Shown piece after piece: positions 52,572 through 64,000 of a DNA stretch of 64,000 nucleotides. The stretch spans positions 66,771,277 through 66,835,276 of the forward strand of contig JARDVH010000115.1 in NCBI GenBank assembly GCA_030324005.1. Reading direction: 5' to 3'. The first letter of the stretch is position 1, and each line of letters opens with the position of its first letter. Source of the stretch: Negaprion brevirostris. Taxonomy: Eukaryota. A program made the position numbers and the translations under genes. Below the pieces are notes generated by a model. The model did no database searches, was not told where the DNA came from, and saw only the letters and a program-made list of their open reading frames with translations.

Positions 52572-53835
52572 GGGAGGCAGTTAAATAGTGGTCATGCCAT
52601 TGGACCAGTAATTCCGAGGGCCATGCTCATGCTCTGAGGACATAGATTCAAATCCACAATGGCAGCTGACGGAATTTAAATTCAATGCATAAATCTGGAA
52701 TTAAAAGTTAGCCTAACAGTACAAAGAACACATGTGGTTCACTGATGAAAATCTACCATCCTTACCTACACTGGCCTACATATTACTCCAACCCACATCA
52801 AGACAGTTGATTCTCAAATGCCATCAGAAATGGCTTAGCAAGCCACTGAGTTGTTTTAAAAAGGGAAGAAACCGGTGGACCACAATGATATCAACCTAGG
52901 CACAGGAAATGACAACAGCAAACCCAACTCGCTGCAAATTCCTCCCTAGTAACATCTTGGGATTTGTACCAAAGTTGAGAGAGTTGTCCCACAGACTAGT
53001 CCAGTAACAGTCTGACAGTATTATTGACTGAATCGTACCTTCCAACACTATCCCTGAGAATGCCCTGTCTTACAAGAACTAGAGANNNNNNNNNNNNNNN
53101 NNNNNNNNNNNNNNNNNNNNNNNNNNNNNNNNNNNNNNNNNNNNNNNNNNNNNNNNNNNNNNNNNNNNNNNNNNNNNNNNNNNNNNNNNNNNNNNNNNTT
53201 GTGATTACCACCCACGCTACACCACTCTTCAGCTGATGAAGCAGTTGCACATCATCTGGAAGAAGAACTGAGGGTGGCAAGGACACAGTATTCATTATTA
53301 AGGGAAACTCAGTAGCACCACTACTGACCAAACTGTTTCTCAAGGACGTAGTTGCTAGACTCTCCTTTGGCAGGTGGAGAAGGAAACAAGTGAAAACACC
53401 TGCCTAACCTAGTCCTTACCAATCTATCCATCACAGATACATCTGTCCACAACAATAACCACCTCAATCGTTGAACAAAGTCCTGTCTTCACATTGATAC
53501 CTTCCTTCATGTTGTCTGGCAAGAGCAATGTGCGAAATGGGATAGATTTCAACAGATCCAGCAATTGAAAACTGGGCATCCATGATGCGCTGTGGGACAT
53601 GAGCAGCAGCAGAATTGTACTCAATCACAACATAAGTTCATCATTTAGGACAAAGCTGACTGTTTGATTGCTACCACCTTAAACATTCACAATCTCCACC
53701 AGCAATGCAGAGTGCAGCAGTGTGCACATCTGCAAGAGTTAGCAATTCACCTAGGCTCCTTCGACAGCACTTTCCAAACTTGCAGATCTAAAATCGACAA
53801 AGGCAGCAAATGCACTGGAACACCACCATCAAAAT
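52572..53835 (+). mobile_element. Internally deleted APE-type LINE with a tRNA-like SINE head
   Basis: Head 52572-52855, then NILGFVPKLRELSHRLVQ / LTESYL (APE motifs) and HHLEEELRVARTQ, with ORF2 C-terminal remnants at about 53650-53835. Confidence 0.75.
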
Positions 53836-54064
53836 CTCCTCCAATGCTCCCTCTGGTCATAGTTTGGCCTAAAGCTCTGTTACTTTGACAGTGATTGATT
53901 TCAAATGGCAAACTAACATTGGGAACCCAAAGCATTTGATTGCTTTGCATATCAATCAAGCACTAAACATTCCCAGCTACACTGGCGACAGCAATGTAAA
54001 CACACCTCAATTACTACAATTGTACTACAATACATCTGGTTAAAAAAGGGTGGAACTTTTATAT

Positions 54065-54420
54065 TGATTTGATTTATTACTGTCACATGTATTAACATAG
54101 TGAAAAGTATTGTTTCTTGTTTACAGACAAAATATACTATTCATAGAAAAGGAAACGAGACAGTGCAGAATATAATGTTAGTCATAGCTACGTGTAGAGA
54201 AAGATCAACTTTAATGCAAAGCAAGTCCATTCAAAAGTCTGACAGCAGCAGGGAAGAAGCTGTTCTTGAGTCAGTTGGTAGGTACCACTTTTGTATGTTT
54301 TTCCTAAAGGAAGAAAGTGGGAGAGAGAATGTCTCAGGTGCATGGGGTCCTTAATTATGCTGGCTGCTTTGCTGAGGCAGCAGAAAGTGCAGACAGAGTC
54401 AAGGGATGGGAGGCTAGTTG
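54065..54420 (-). mobile_element. Rex1/Babar LINE 3' end
   Basis: SLPSLDSVCTFCCLSKAASIIKDP and an ATTTG-repeat tail. Confidence 0.88.
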
Positions 54421-55494
54421 CAGACATTATACTTGACCACAGATCTAAACAGTCTTTCAAAAAAAATACTTGTTCCTAACCTCAGTCCAAAACTGGTGAT
54501 GAATTGAGAGTTACATGGCAAAACAATTAAACTCCAAGTGACCTAATCTTGTCGTGCTATTAAGTAAACACTTAATAGCCCCAGCAGACTGTGTTACACG
54601 TTATTCGATACAAGGTTCTCATCGTTATAAACATACAGTAGCCGATTAAATGTGATTAGCATCACTGAAAAAGGATGCACTGTGGCACTGCTCACTTGGG
54701 AAAACAATTGTGGAAGGCAACTTTAAAGCACAAAAAAACACCGACAGTGCCACTGAACCAATCGCAACAAGTTCAGTTCAAATCATGGGGATTGAAAACA
54801 GTGTCTTTTGTAGTTGCTCCAAGCTTCAGATTTATTTGGTCTGAACTTTGAGGCGCTTAACTTCCGTACCATGTAAACATTTCAGATTCCACCTTGCCCA
54901 ACCACCCATCACAAGGTGGGCAAGGATTGCGCAGGACAGAATGCTATGGAATCGGAGGCAAGAAGGCCACGTCCCTTTTTAAAAAAAGGCACCAGCTGTC
55001 ATAGATTTAAAAAGGTCCAGTTTGATAGGTGTGTGGTTCGAATTTTTTTTGAGGGGGTGGAGAGGGGGCTACTGGGAGTTTGACAGTGTTGGGAGACTCC
55101 CAAGTCCCAATCTGTGCTTGAGGACAATAGTTGAGCAGAAGCTAGAAATGGTTTTAGTTTTTATAAACTTTCTGGGTAACTATTGATGCAAGACAGTCAA
55201 AACCATCATTAAACTGTATTTATGGGTGGTTCCCAGTGCAAGGCAATTGCTGTCAATCCTTAACAGGGATCTTCCAAAGGGTGTGGAAATTTACCCAGTG
55301 CACCTTTAGGGTAAGGAATGGCGTTTTGAACTGGGACTGAAAAAATGGCTTTAATCTTCCAATCTTTTTCCCTCCAATTATTCATTATTACTGGGCATCC
55401 GATAAACCATCTGAAAATTCAACGAAGTACAGGAGTCGAGAGAGGTGGCAACGAAACACAGCTGGGTCCGTAGGAAAATTAATGCTGTATTTTT

Positions 55495-55712
55495 GGATTG
55501 TAATGCTGATGGGGATGTGGATCAGAAATAGGAAGCAAGTGATATTCTGGCTAACAGATATGGAAACCAAAAGAGTACAGTCACACCTAGCAGAATGACA
55601 GTGGAGATTCTTGGAGGAATATTATATGGTCAACATTGCCAAAGTTACTGACAGGTCGAGAAGGATGAGGGGGGATAATTTACCTTTATAGTAGCAACAC
55701 AGGATGTCATTT
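55495..55712 (-). mobile_element. L2 LINE RT fragment
   Basis: ggtcaacattgccaaagttactgacaggtcgagaaggatgagg reads LILLDLSVTLAMLT on the minus strand, a decayed LLDLSAAFDTVD motif. Confidence 0.6.
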
Positions 55713-55716
55713 CGGC

Positions 55717-56012
55717 ATCATAAAATTCTATAGTGCAGAAGGAGGCCATTCAGCCCATCGAGTCTACACCAACCACAATCCCACCCAGGCCCCATCTGCA
55801 AAACCTCATGCATTTACCCTAGTTAGTCTCCTGCAATTTAGCATGGCCAATCCATCTAATCCACACATGTTTGGACTGTGGGAGGAAACCAGATGAAACC
55901 CATGCAGACATGGGGAGAACATGCAAGCTCCACACAAACAGGTGACCCAAGTCAGGAATCGAACTTGGGTCCCTGGTGCTGTGAGGCAGCAGTGCTAACC
56001 ACTGTGCCACCC
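55717..56012 (-). mobile_element. Full-length HE1-type SINE with CR1 tail
   Basis: Collinear with 42805-43133. Confidence 0.93.
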
Positions 56013-56387
56013 ATAATACTGATGGGTGGTACTGAGAGGCATTCAAACATGGATTCTGTAAAAAATGGCCAACACAAAAAAATGACAACACAAAGGTACT
56101 GGAGAAGGAAGGTCTCTCTATTTTGTTTTGGCTGACTGTCTTTATGGGTTCTCTGAATTTAAACTGAATTGTACACTAAATTGTAAGTAACTAAAGGAAG
56201 AACTGAATCAATAGAGACTGCCAAGCATTTCAAGCTGGGCTTTTGCAATAGTTGCAAGAAGCCTTTGCATCAACAGCCCAATAACAGCTAAAAATCAGAT
56301 TCCAGATGAAAAACAGAGTCCATTCAATTCACTGAAACATCAGAATCTGTAATCTGAACTTGCCTGTTTGCAAGTCGTAAGATTTTG

Positions 56388-56503
56388 AAATAAAAGTAAA
56401 ATACTGCGAATGGTGGAATCTGAAACTAAGACAGAAAATGCTGGAAAAACTCAAGTCAAGCAGCCCATGTGGAGAGAAAATGGTGTTAATGTTTCGAGTC
56501 CAT
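56388..56503 (-). mobile_element. Penelope-like terminus fragment
   Basis: aaaatactgcgaatggtggaatctgaaac...cagaaaatgctggaaaaactca...gtttcgagtcca. Confidence 0.75.
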
Positions 56504-58577
56504 TCGCACAAATTTTCAACGTGATTGAAATTCTAAGAGACTATTTTAGATATCTGCCATACCACAAGTACATCACCAGAGCATTGACTGCACCAATTTA
56601 ACAGTGGTTGGGCTCAGGATATTTAAATTATCAATGCTTCCATTCAAATTCTTAGGAAAAGATCCAAATTTGCACTTTTGAGTTGATATCCCCAGAAAGA
56701 AATTACTTAAGGTATGTGTAAGTACACTGATTATCCATACTGCATCCATTCCCAAACTTTTCAACCAGTCATATGTGCAGGAACCTCAGTCTTCATCAGC
56801 CTGCTTGGCAGGTGAGATTCACCATATGCTTCAATAAATGGATGCAAATCACTGTCAGAGATTGTATAACTAACTCTCATCTAGCTGAAGCTCTGAACTA
56901 GATACCATGATATGGAACAACTTTTATTGTTCGCTTCAATTCTTATTTTCTCTCTTTCCTGAAGGTTTGAACACTTGCTGTAGTACAGTTTCACCACCAA
57001 ACATCCAAGTGTCCATTCTCCATTTCAGCTGAGATGATAATTATTGAAAGATCACTAAACCATTATGCCAAGCGGAATATACAATGTAATCTATAGGAAA
57101 GGCTGCCAATCTAAGATTTTTCCACTCAACATGTATTCACACACCACAGAACCAGACAAAATTTGACTGGCCCACATCAACCCTTCAGAATCTTTTCCTC
57201 AGTGTGATCCCATTTCAATACCTCACACTCTAGCCGGGGGGGGGGGNNNNNNNNNNNNNNNNNNNNNNNNNNNNNNNNNNNNNNNNNNNNNNNNNNNNNN
57301 NNNNNNNNNNNNNNNNNNNNNNNNNNNNNNNNNNNNNNNNNNNNNNNNNNNNNNNNNNNNNNNNNNNNNNNNNNNNNNNNNNNNNNNNNNNNNNNNNNCC
57401 CTACATTCTGCTTTTGACTCCATCTCTTAGTTCATAGTGTTGGGAATTGTTTAAACTGAAGAGCGTTTCTTGGAAAGCTACCTTTTCACAGCTTTTTTTT
57501 TTACACAGCAATCAGGCTTCAAAAGATCTGTCCATTAGACCACACCCACCAATACAGAAAACACAAGGATTTAAAGCAGTTTAGCAGCTGTTAGCATTAA
57601 GTCCAAACTCCACAGCAGCCATTGTTGCCTCAGAACTCTCAACCTGAAAATTTCAATTATGACCCCACAAGAGGAGTGCAAGCCATAGTTTAGGAAGCCC
57701 CGGCTGAGTTCAGTCCTGTATTAACATCCCGTTATACTATACTCCCAATATTGGAGCAGCATGCTTGTGGTCCCAGGCCAGTAACAGGTTTATACAAAAT
57801 AGAACAAGTACACTGCAGATTGATGATCAAAGGATGGCAATTTAAAGCCACACCTAAAAATGGGTTAATTGTTCTAAAAGAATTTGAAACAAACTCTCGG
57901 GACCATGGCGTCTGCAGTGATAGATTCAGTAGTGATAGTGAACCGATATGACAAACTTGCTTCGAGGACTACGAGAAAGCTGACTGCCTGCAGGCTCTTC
58001 TCATACAATTAATAATCTCACCAGCAGTCAGAGGCTAATGAACAGCATTCCACACACACATTCAAGTACCCTCTCACTACACATATAAAGCTATGTCTTG
58101 CCTCAATGTAAGCTGACTCCTCCATCTCAAAACAAAAATAGAATAATACATGTCTCAGTATAATTCAAGATGCGTGTAATGCAGGGTCCTGGTTACTCCT
58201 ACAGGGTTGTTCCATACTGACAACTCAATCAACAGCTTTTGAAGGAAAATACGTTTCTAAAGCCCAAATCGTTTTCCGCTTATCAAGAAACCTATTTCTC
58301 TTCAATGACAAAGAATAATGACATTAGCCAATTTGTAGTTATGAACCAACATTTGTTTTTGTTTCCTTGCAGTCTGTTTCCACTGCTCATATTTTCCTCA
58401 CCTTGAAAACCAGTACTGTTAGTTGCAGTTTGCCGCAAGAAAATTGGAAGAGAAGAACTGCAGGATTGGTGAAGATTCAAAGAATGATTGTGCTCACCTT
58501 TATCATGCTACAAATTGTACATATAGAGGTGGACTTACTTGGACTAATCAGAGGTAAAGATTAACCAAGGAAACTGT

Positions 58578-58750
58578 GTCATAGTTATCATAAAATTATA
58601 GAATCCCTACAGTGCAGAAGGAAGCCATTTGGCCCATTGGGTTTGCACTGACAGGAATCCCATCCAGACCCTATCCCCATAACCCCACATATTTAATCCA
58701 CTAATCCCTCTAACCTATGCATCCACAGACACTAAAAAGCAATTTGGCAC
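58578..58750 (-). mobile_element. HE1 SINE 3' half
   Basis: tagaatccctacagtgcagaaggaagccatttggcccatt...aatccctctaacct. Confidence 0.85.
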
Positions 58751-58769
58751 TGTTTATGTCAATGCTGCC

Positions 58770-59197
58770 CCCTTGTCCCATTGGCCCCTGTAGCCCATAA
58801 GTTTATTTCCTGCAAGTGTCCCCGATATCCTTTTGAAATCATTGATTGTTATGGCATCCATCCCTCTCGTAAGCAGGGTGTTCCAGATCATTTTCACTTA
58901 CAATGTTAAAAAAAGTTCTTACTTGCATTTCTCCCCACATCTCTAACCCAAAATCTTAAAGTTACATCTCTTGCCCTTATACAATCAGCTAACGAGAAGA
59001 GGTTTTCCCCATCTCCCTTATCCAAGCTCTCAATCTTGTACACCTCTATCAAATCCATCTCCTTATGCTCCAAGGGGAAAAATTCCAGCCTCCCCCCACC
59101 CCGCCCCTGCATCCTCTCAAGGATCTTTTCCCAAGCGTGAGATGAACAGAAATGGATATAATACTCCAGTTGAGGCCTAACCAAAACTTTGTATAAA
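58770..59197 (-). mobile_element. CR1 LINE 3' fragment
   Basis: VRPQLEYYIHFCS...DLIEVYKI...NFF. Confidence 0.85.
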
Positions 59198-59232
59198 TGG
59201 CTCCTTAAAAATGTGACCTTTCATCTGTCAGA

Positions 59233-59385
59233 GATCTGCCTAGCAACAGCAGTAACAAAAATGTAAAAAAGGCATGCTAGATTGTGATTTGCCCAGCAAC
59301 ATGTAGGAAACTGTCTAGAATAGCCTGCATTCTAAAGGTATGCTAGGTGCAATTTGCCCAGTAATAGGATTAGCGGCATCTAGAC
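59233..59385 (+). repeat. Degenerate tandem repeat, unit about 53-66 bp
   Basis: gatctgcctagcaac (59233), gatttgcccagcaac (59286), aatttgcccagtaat (59351); aaggcatgctag (59269) and aaggtatgctag (59335). Confidence 0.6.
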
Positions 59386-59845
59386 AAAATCAGTTGTAAT
59401 TGCTCTAACAATTGAAACAGCTTACCTAGATGACCGAGATCAGTGGAGATAATACAAATGCTAATTTCTGGAGCCAAGGAATTTGGCTGCTTACAAGAAA
59501 TGTAGACAGCCAAATCCACAGAATGAAAAGCGAAAGAGACTAAACAATATAATTGTCAGTACACGCAGAGGAAAGCGGCCTAGTAGTATATCCGAAACCC
59601 TAAGAGGCTAGTTTCCATCCAACAGCCAAATGGGCCAAAGTCTTCAGAGAGGCCTGTTCTTACATTTAGAGTCACAGATTGCAGATATTCTCCACTACAA
59701 GCAACCATGAGAAATATAAATGTGCATGATTAAGTCAGATCTCGTCCTCAACTAATGTCCAGTTACTTGAATTTTACTGAACAGGAACTCAGGCCAATTC
59801 CCACCTCTCCAAACCCAGGTACACCCAGATGAGAGAGAGGAAAAA

Positions 59846-60335
59846 ACTTTGCAATTGTATAACACCTTGTAATATATACAATCCAAGATCTTTACAAATC
59901 AGTCACATACCTTTTAAATTGTATGTCAGGAATATGGCAGCTAATTTGCTCACACAAAATCTCTCAAACAGCAACGAGGTAATGATCAGATTAGAGGGAC
60001 AGTGTTCACACTGTCAAGTCTAGAGATCACAAAAACATGCACGAGGGTTTCAGCAATAAAATGGGCTAAAGCAGGGGTAGAGGATAGCATGGGAGGTGGG
60101 AGGAAGCTGCTTTTGGAACAGACAAGCTTTGAAGTTCAGCTCAAGGTCAAAAACAAAACCAAAGATACAAGCAGCCTAGTTCAGCCCAAGACAGTGGCCA
60201 GGGAGTGGGTGGAATTAAAACAGAAAATGCTGGAAAAACTCAGCAGGTCTGGCAGCATATGTGAAGACAGAAACAGAGTTAATGTTTCAATTCTGTATGA
60301 ATTGGAGGCAAGAGTATAAAGTTTTGGCAGAAGCT
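59846..60335 (-). mobile_element. Deu-SINE 3' fragment (59846-59992) and L2 fragment (59993-60335), with a Penelope-like insert at 60216-60300
   Basis: ggcagctaatttgctcaca (Deu tail); aagttcagctcaaggtcaaa (L2, compare 29540); acagaaaatgctggaaaaactcagcaggtctggcagcat (Penelope-like). Confidence 0.65.
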
Positions 60336-60834
60336 AAGGGCAGTAACTTTTTCAAAAATAATGTTTTTATTGTAAGTTTTCAATTTTCTATTTAACCCAA
60401 AATGCAACAAATCTCAAGAATCTAGTCATCAGTGTTCCACATAAACATACAGACAAGACCAGTGAATACTCATACGAATGGCTCAAATCATCATTGCAAT
60501 TGTTATTGTCAGCATCTCAAGAATGCAAGCAGCTCAGCATAACAGGATAAATCCGCAAGCAAATGGCCCCATGGTGCACAGTCTCCTCCACAGGATTACA
60601 AGGACGGAGCAATACGGGATCTCCTATAGAGTAATATGCAACCAACCAGGGCCCAATTCAACATCCCAACACTCCAAACAGTGAAGTGATAACCCAGAAA
60701 AAAGGAAACACCAGGATACTACCATTGGTACAAGACTTGAGTACAATCTCATCTACAAGAACCAGTAAGCCAAGAATTCATACACCTTACCTAGGCTCAC
60801 AACACAACAAACCTCCTTCCTCTCCAGCCATATC

Positions 60835-61136
60835 AAAGTTAAGTTTATTTATTAGTTACCTATAGGCTTACATTAACACTGCAATGAAGTAGGGAAAATC
60901 CCCCAGTCGCCACACTCAGGCGCCTGTTCCAGTACACTGAGGGAGAATTTTAGCACAGCCAGTTCACCTAACCTGCACATCTTTGGACTGCAGGAGGAAA
61001 CCAGAGCACCTGGAGGTAATCCACACAGGCACAGGGAGAACATGCAGACTCGACACAATGACCCAACCAGGGAATTGAACCCGGGTCCCTGCCACTGTGA
61101 GTCAAAAGTGCTAGCCACTGTGCCACCGTGCCACCC
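60835..61136 (-). mobile_element. Full-length HE1-like SINE with the alternative tail
   Basis: Reverse-complement homologue of 8455-8763. Confidence 0.92.
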
Positions 61137-61226
61137 CCAGAGAAACCAGGCTCCACCTCACTAGAAACCATTTTCCACCAAGGTAACCTATCAAGACAGC
61201 CATTCACAGGGTATCTTGGGAGATAC

Positions 61227-62483
61227 CTCAACAACTCCTCCACGATCATCCTCAATACTGATGCCCCAAAAGGCTGTGTCCTCAGCCCCCTACTACATTC
61301 CTTACACACCTATGACTGTGAAGCCAAATTCCCCTCCAACTTGATTTTCAAGTTTGCTGACGATACCATCGTAGTGGGTCAGATCTCAAACAATGACGAG
61401 ACAGGAGTACAGGAATGAGATACAGAATCTGGTGAACTGGTGCAGCAACAATAATCAGTGTCAATAAAATGCAGGAGATTGTCAGTGACTTCAGGAAGCA
61501 TGGTGGATCATAGAATCCTGCAGTGCAGGAGGCCATTTCGGCCCATTGAGTCTGTACCAACCACAATTGCACCCAGGCCCTGTCCCCATAGCCCCATGCA
61601 TTTAACCTAGCTAGTCCCCCCGTTGCCAAAGGGCATATCATCATGATTAATCCACCTGACCTGCACATATTTGGATTGTGGGAGGAAACAAGAGCACCCA
61701 GAGGAAACCCACACAGACACAGGGAGAATATGCAGACTCCACACAGAATGATATGAGGCCGGAATTGAATCCAGGCCCTGGCACTGTAAGTAGCAGTGCT
61801 AACCATTGTGCCACCGCTATAACATGCCCCTGTCTACATCAATGGGGGACAAGGAGAAATGGTTGAATGATTCAAGCTTTTTAGGTGTCCAGATCACCAA
61901 CATCCTGTCCTGGTTCTACCCTGCAGACAGTAAAGTTAAGATAGCCCACCAACGCCGCTACTTTCTCAGAAGACTAAGAAAACTTGACATGTCCGTTATG
62001 GCTCACCAACTTTCACTGACGTACCATAGAAAGCATTCTTTCTGGTTGTATCTCAGCTTGGTATGGCTCATGCCCTGCCCAAGACCACAAAAGTTTGTGA
62101 ATGTAGCCCAATCCGCAAACCAGCGTCCCATCCATTGACCCTCTCTACATTTTCCGCTGCCGCAACAAAACGGCCAGTATAATTAAAGACCCCACGTACC
62201 TCGGAAAATTTTCTCTCTTCTGCTTTCTTCTGTCGGGAAAAAGATACAAAAATCTGGAGGTCACATACCAAGCGACTCAAGAACGGTTTCTTCCCTGCTG
62301 CTGTCAGATATTTGAATAGATCTACCTTGCAATAAGTTTCTCTATACCCTAGCTGTGACTGTAACACTACATTCTGCACTCTCTCCTTTCCTTCTCCAGA
62401 ATGGTATGCGTTGTCTGTATAGCTCATCAGAAACAATACTTTTCACTGTACACTAGTACATGACAATAATATGTCAAATCAAA
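61227..62483 (+). mobile_element. 5'-truncated Rex1/Babar LINE interrupted by HE1
   Basis: SSTIILNTDAPKGCVLSPLLHSLHTYDC...FKFADDTIVVGQISNNDE and KIAHQRRYFLRRLRK. Candidate target-site duplication agatac at 61221-61226 and 62484-62489. Confidence 0.92.
61507..61817 (-). mobile_element. HE1-type SINE with CR1 tail, nested in Rex
   Basis: Full head, V-domain and tail. The Rex sequence resumes at acatgcccctgtctacatcaatgggg. Confidence 0.92.
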
Positions 62484-63174
62484 AGATACGACTCTCCTCC
62501 TCCCAACAAGGATAATTTAAGGATTAGTTATAACAAATTAGAACGTATACCAGCACCCCACTTAACCAAATAAAAATAAAGAAACGCCAAAGAGAAGAGC
62601 ATCAGAATTATCCAATAAACACCAGACATGGTCCTTCACTGTCCATATTTGCAGGAAGGATACCTGGAACAGAACAACACAGCCCCAAGAAACAGGATCC
62701 TACCCTCCCAGGGGAGCCCAAACTTCCAGAAGGTGGACAGACTGGAAGTCTCCAGGTAGACTACATGGCAGAGACGACCTACTCCTCCAACCATCCTAAT
62801 CTCCAATCAAAAGCATCACTCCAAAAACACTGAACAAAACCACCCAGGTTTGTACTCTGCCTTGCAGCCAACAAAATACTATATTCTCAGGGGAACAACG
62901 TCTGAAGGGGAAGAGCAGCCCAAAAGCCCCAAAAAGGGGATGTCTCTGGGGAGGGCTACCTATTCGCCTGCCCAACATACTGTCTACCTGACCTGAATTA
63001 CTACTGCCCCAATCCACTCAATGGCACACCAAAATATGGGTCAATAAGCCAAAAATACTCTCAACACCTAAACATTGAACAAATCGAACTACCCATCTGC
63101 AGAGTTGTCATTTAGGACCCTCATCAGAGAAACCCTAACAACAGGATGATATCTCCACCATACCTTCCTTGAGT

Positions 63175-63206
63175 CAAGTAATCAAGTAACCAAGTAACCA
63201 AGTAAC
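63175..63206 (+). repeat. (CAAGTAAC)x4 tandem repeat just before a gap
   Basis: caagtaat caagtaac caagtaac caagtaac. Confidence 0.85.
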
Positions 63207-64000
63207 CACAGTCCTTACCCATNNNNNNNNNNNNNNNNNNNNNNNNNNNNNNNNNNNNNNNNNNNNNNNNNNNNNNNNNNNNNNNNNNNNNNNNNNNNNN
63301 NNNNNNNNNNNNNNNNNNNNNNAAAAAGATAGGCTAGATATCCAAGGAGTAGTCAGATGTGCACCAGTACATAATTCTCCCACTCCAACACCATCAGAGG
63401 TGCTAACGACAAAAAAGGAGTCTTTTTCAGGATATATGATCTGCCTATACCTTCATAAGAAGCAAACAAGGATTCTTCAATCGCAAACTGACAAAAGTTA
63501 CAAAATAAAAATGCGACCCCGACAATTCTAATGGGGTATTTTCCTCAACCATGATGAGACCTTACCAATCATCTTTGGACCAACTAGCATACCTGCCACC
63601 CTGCTGTGGCACTACTCATCCTATCTAAAAATTAAAATGGAAGGTATTAAAAATTGTACTCCCTCAATGTAGGATTGCAGCACAAAGAAGAAAAACCAGG
63701 TAAATACCGCAGAACCAACTCAGCATGCTCCCCAATAGGAAGGAAGAGACAAATAATCCTCAAACAAGGAAATGTCCCTGCATTGGAAACACTGAAACCC
63801 GAGGCACAGGACCAGAAACAGGACAGGCAGACCCCCCACCTTGGTACCAATCAACAAAATCAAGACTGAGTGCAAAAGGTAATACACATTGGACTACACT
63901 CTTCCCCCATCCCACAGTTGGAGCATGCTGGTGGACAAACACCATCAAAATGATGAATTAGACAATCCTGATTTTTGCAGGATAACAGGCAACAAATATC

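Larger units (their letters stand above)
60349..64000 (-). mobile_element. Possible old L1/Tx1-like or other retroelement hosting younger inserts
   Basis: T-rich end with tttatt (AATAAA on the minus strand) at about 60350-60371, and strongly A/C-rich sequence continuing to the window end. No diagnostic protein motif recovered. Confidence 0.3.

Noticed and set aside
58373-58553. Plus-strand acceptor, open frame and GAG|GTAAAG donor
   Set aside because: Peptide unrecognised and on the opposite strand to the other candidates; unsupported without RNA data.
1-64000. CRISPR array, operon, defence system or endogenous virus
   Set aside because: No regularly spaced repeat-spacer array, no dense ORFs and no viral protein motifs were seen; the sequence is vertebrate and largely non-coding.

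Overview
Eukaryotic, gap-rich draft sequence with many ~100-N and 10-N gaps. The repeat families point to a shark genome, probably carcharhiniform: HE1-type tRNA/V-domain SINEs, HER1/CR1 LINEs, Deu-domain SINEs, Rex1/Babar, L2 and Penelope-like termini. There is no intact protein-coding gene, rRNA, tRNA or CRISPR array. The ORF track consists of chance ORFs, N-gap artefacts and decayed retrotransposon fragments. The window looks like a large intron or intergenic interval, possibly inside a minus-strand gene, with a few unconfirmed candidate exons. I found no convincing new multi-gene system. The best items for follow-up concern mobile DNA: an intact-looking minimal hammerhead ribozyme in a Penelope-like terminus (51341-51376); a LINE > hAT-like MITE > piggyBac-like nest carrying a splice acceptor (51560-52565); a LINE with a tRNA-like SINE head whose SINE relative is also present; HE1 SINEs with two alternative tails; and a Rex insertion that appears to have captured 56 bp of nearby DNA. 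Family names come from my recollection of consensus sequences, not database searches, and boundaries of old repeats are approximate.
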